Part shown: positions 60,537 through 64,000 of the stretch, in pieces
Layout: every line of letters starts with the position of its first letter
Position numbering within the stretch: the stretch's first letter is position 1
The notes under the pieces: generated by a model
Told to the model about the DNA's origin: nothing
Databases searched by the model: none
Seen by the model: only the letters and a program-made list of their open reading frames with translations
Translations under genes and position numbers: made by a program
DNA from: Vicugna vicugna
Lineage: Eukaryota
Direction: 5' to 3'
DNA length: 64,000 bases
Assembly (NCBI GenBank): GCA_013265495.1
Contig: MU058065.1
Location: 4,934,976 to 4,998,975, forward strand

Positions 60537-62784
60537 CAGAGCAACCCACTGGAAGTCTGTGAGGGTCATGACACGACGAGGAGAAACAGTGGGGTATCAG
60601 GATATTGTAAGGTTTTTCTATTTTTGTTCAAAATGCACTTAACCTATCAGAACCCCTTCAAGAGACAGAGAGGGAATTCATTGTATTATTCAGGAACTCC
60701 TTCTCCAGAGACCTGGAATCACTCTTGTTAAGAACTTTTGATCTAGAGGAGAGCAAAGGACATGTTATCGGGGCACGACTTTTGACAATATGATCAACTT
60801 AATTTAAGTGTTAAAATGATCACCCCTCTTGACCACTGTTGGTGGTCAGGCAAGAACTGCTCTGAAGAGGAGGTAAATCTGCCACCAATTAAAAGAAACC
60901 GTCTTGGTGCCATCTCACTGTGTGGCTTTTATTTTTACCTTTTTGTTTTTGCAACTAACCACGGACATAACTAACAGCAGGCCTTCAAAATAAGATTTCA
61001 CAGGAGCCCAGGCATTTCATTTTCTCCCCATCCTTTCGTTAAGTCTGAATCTTCCCCTCAGGCCATTTGGTTAGGTGTAGAATTAGGGAAAAACCAGTGA
61101 GGAGGTATCCCCTCGAAGAACGCTGACAGACCTAGGGGTGGGGAATAATGAAAATCAAACTTGGCCAAAAATGGCTTTTCAGTATATTGAAAAGAGGATT
61201 GAATCCACCGCGGACCAAGAAATCCCCTCATCAAATCCAATCTTGATTTTTACCTGAGAGCTGATTAGTCCCACCTGTCACTCAGCCGTTTTATCTCCCA
61301 GGTTCAGCGTATGAGCAATTTTGCTGCAGTTTGTCAATTTGGTGTCGGTCCCCCAAGACCAGAATATTGTTCAAGGTGGCAAGAGTCAAAAGGAGAGCCA
61401 CGTAAATGCATTTTATTATTGTTATTAGCAGATACTGAAACCACGTTTTAAAAGCCTCGATTTCTTGAAGAGATTATAACTTTAACAGCAACAATGCAAA
61501 GATAATTAGGAAGCACTGACACTTCATAAAATCATTTTATTTTTATAGACCTCAAACAAGATAAAACTCAATTTGAAAATATAAGTAATTTTAAGGGTCT
61601 GGAGCCAAAATATTAACACATCTTTGTAGTCCTTGAAGATCCTGAGAGTGAAACAAATTTGCAAAGATTCTTCAGAAGCAGATAAATCACTCTGGAAAAA
61701 AATAAAATAATGGTTTTACAGTTTTCATTAGTATTGTGCCTTTGAAAATATTCCTTCACGTCTCACTTGTGTTTTATCATAATATTTTTCTCTTGTTTGT
61801 TCTGCTGATACTGATTATTTTGATTTATGAACACAGCTAGAGAAGCTGGATGAGCCGAATGCCTTTCCATAGTAAAGACACTAAGTCTGTAAAACCACTG
61901 GGTGAGGAAAATAGATTTTTCCGACCAAGGCGCTGATTATGGTCTTGGTTTCGTAGAACAGTAAGGAATATAATGACCTCCCAGTTATCCTCTGTTGACA
62001 AGATATAATCAACATTTTCTCTCTCTCTTTTTTTTTTTTTTTGGTCTCCAGCAGAGCATTTATAAATGGTCACTCTATTTTAAATAAGTTATTATAAAAT
62101 GAGAAATATTTATAGAACATTCCATTAGGAGAGAAAGTCATACCCGTAACACTAAAGTTTGTTTTTCTGTACATCGCATGGGGCTATCCCCAGCCTAACC
62201 TATCCCTTATGTTTTGAGATATGCTGTGCACTTCATACACGAATCTCTGTGTAATGCGCCTTCTAATACCATTTGTCAATGCTAATATTTGGCATTGACT
62301 AACTGCACTGAATAGCCAGGCTCAAGTTTAGAAAAGTATATTCTATTTACATGAATTCTCCTCCTTAAAAATCCCATTCAAAGGAAGATCTGTATCTTGT
62401 TTTTGACTTGAGGACTGGTAAAATGATTCAACATTAATCGTCAACATTTCAAGTGATTATGAGCTGCTAAGCATCCTATATTGTTGGTGCATACTGAACC
62501 TCACTGTGGCCGAATTGAACAGATGAGAAACTGAGGAAGGAGAAACGTTGCAAGTGCTTTTGTTAAAAATATGAGAACACGCGACCAATATGGCTGACAA
62601 ACAGGTCTATTTTTCTTCACATACAAAGCAGTGAAAACGTAATGCAGTCTACAGCTTGTGCATTGGTTCAGTCATATCCTCAAGAACCTACCGTCTTTCT
62701 GTCTCAGCATCTCAGCTGGTTGGAATATTCTGCAGGGTTGTCTATGGGATGGCAGCTGTAGGGCTTAGCATCAGATTTTCTGTG

Positions 62785-63285
62785 TGTATCAGTCAAGGCT
62801 GTTTGGGAAAACAGAAACCTCTGTAGGCATTTGAAATGGAAAAAGAATTTCAGTACTGGGAATTTAGTGCTTATGGAATTGTTAGGAGGGTGGTCTGGAA
62901 GAATGGAGGTCTGCATAGGTCATTGCTCATTCTGAGTCTGCAGCTAGCTTTCGGGATTAGGAAGCTGCAGGACACAGAAAATAACTGATCATGATTGCAC
63001 TGCTTATCATCAAAGCAGGTGATTCTAAAGAAAATGACCAGAAACCACCACAAAAATTGTCTCCCCTGCTGAAGTCCATGTGTCCACTCACTGCTGTCCA
63101 AGGACCAGTAAAATGGCTTTAGCTTCTCTTCTGCTTTCCAGATCTCACATAAGTACTGGCTCTAAAGTGAATCTCTAATGGCAAGAAATCTGAGAAAAGT
63201 CATTCCCAGGCTTCCAGCCTCTTGCAGGACAGAGCATAGAATGGAGAAAATGGCACTGAGTCACCAATAGACAGTCACGCACAAG
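62785..63285 (-). mobile_element. Ancient LTR (LTR79-like)
   Basis: tgtatcagtcaagg..gaaaacagaaacctctgtaggcattt is the reverse of the LTR78/79-type 3' end also seen near 27600-27680. Confidence 0.6.
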
Positions 63286-64000
63286 GCTACAAGGAGCAAG
63301 ATCCACCAATGACCCCCATCCCTTTACCAGGAAAGCGAAAGCTCTTGTTTATAGTTCATTGTCCAAAACTGGAACACCCTGTGCCCTTCAGCTGCCGGGG
63401 AATCAAGAGCAAGCTGTGTCAGGGGTCCCTCAGCTTGTGTATTAGGACTATACAAATTATGTCCTCCTGAATGAGGAGGCACAAGCCACCCCCGCAGATT
63501 GGCAGGTAGCTCCCTCAGTGTCTGAGCTCCCACTCTGGGGAGGTGAAAACCCCAGAGCTGCTTTGATTGAAGGTACAGTTTCAATACACTCACACAAAGG
63601 AAGTGAAATCACAAAATGTAATCCTTACAAATCCCAAAAACGGGGGCGGGGAGGCAGGGACGCAAGGAGCTGGGGAAAGGGCAGTCCTCCATCCCAGGTC
63701 AGGAGTGCACAAGCAGGAGACACAAAGCAGGGCAGCAAGCGCGGATCACCTACAAGGGGGGTGGGGCTTCACTCACTAACATTTCCTGGGCTTAACTTTC
63801 AATGGTTATTTTAAAAGGTTCCCTGGAGAGAGGAAAGCAGAAACTTGTGGTGAGAATCCTAAACTCAGGTTCTTAATCTGAATGTCCAGATTCCGGGTGT
63901 GAGCAGGGCTGACCTACTCTAAAAAGCCTAGGCATCCACTCAGAATGGCTGTTTTCTCATCCCACATGCACTCAGCTTTCCTTGCTCTATAGGGAGGTGA

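Noticed and set aside
1..64000. Short ORFs in the six-frame track as genes
   Set aside because: All are at most ~150 aa, many lie in repeats, and none has recognisable homology except L1 ORF2 remnants. I see no consistent exon chain.

Overview
Mammalian, repeat-rich, apparently non-coding DNA (intergenic or deep intronic). I find no protein-coding gene, tRNA/rRNA gene or CRISPR array. The only ORF-track entries with recognisable homology are decayed LINE-1 ORF2 fragments. Much of the window is ancient eutherian repeats: L2, MIR, old L1M/HAL1, MLT1/MLT2 and other LTRs, and hAT MITEs (MER5, MER58, MER91, MER94, MER103). A few younger insertions are present: a tRNA-derived SINE, L1 3' ends and an ERV1-type solo LTR. 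The SINE structure, and the absence of Alu, B1, Bov-tA, PRE-1 or Can-SINE, suggest a camelid genome (inference). Repeat family names come from recalled consensus sequences, not a database search, and boundaries are approximate unless a target-site duplication (TSD) is given. The most notable observations are: a perfect 31-bp inverted repeat inside an old L1 (37295-37389); an L1 with a 5' inversion and TSDs (31590-32566); nested insertions with readable TSDs; two strong G-quadruplex motifs; an unexplained GC-rich island beside an L1 scar; and a TE-poor ~44.6-51.6 kb block with CpG-retaining, homeodomain-site-rich segments that look like conserved developmental enhancers. I see no evidence for a new gene-encoded system.
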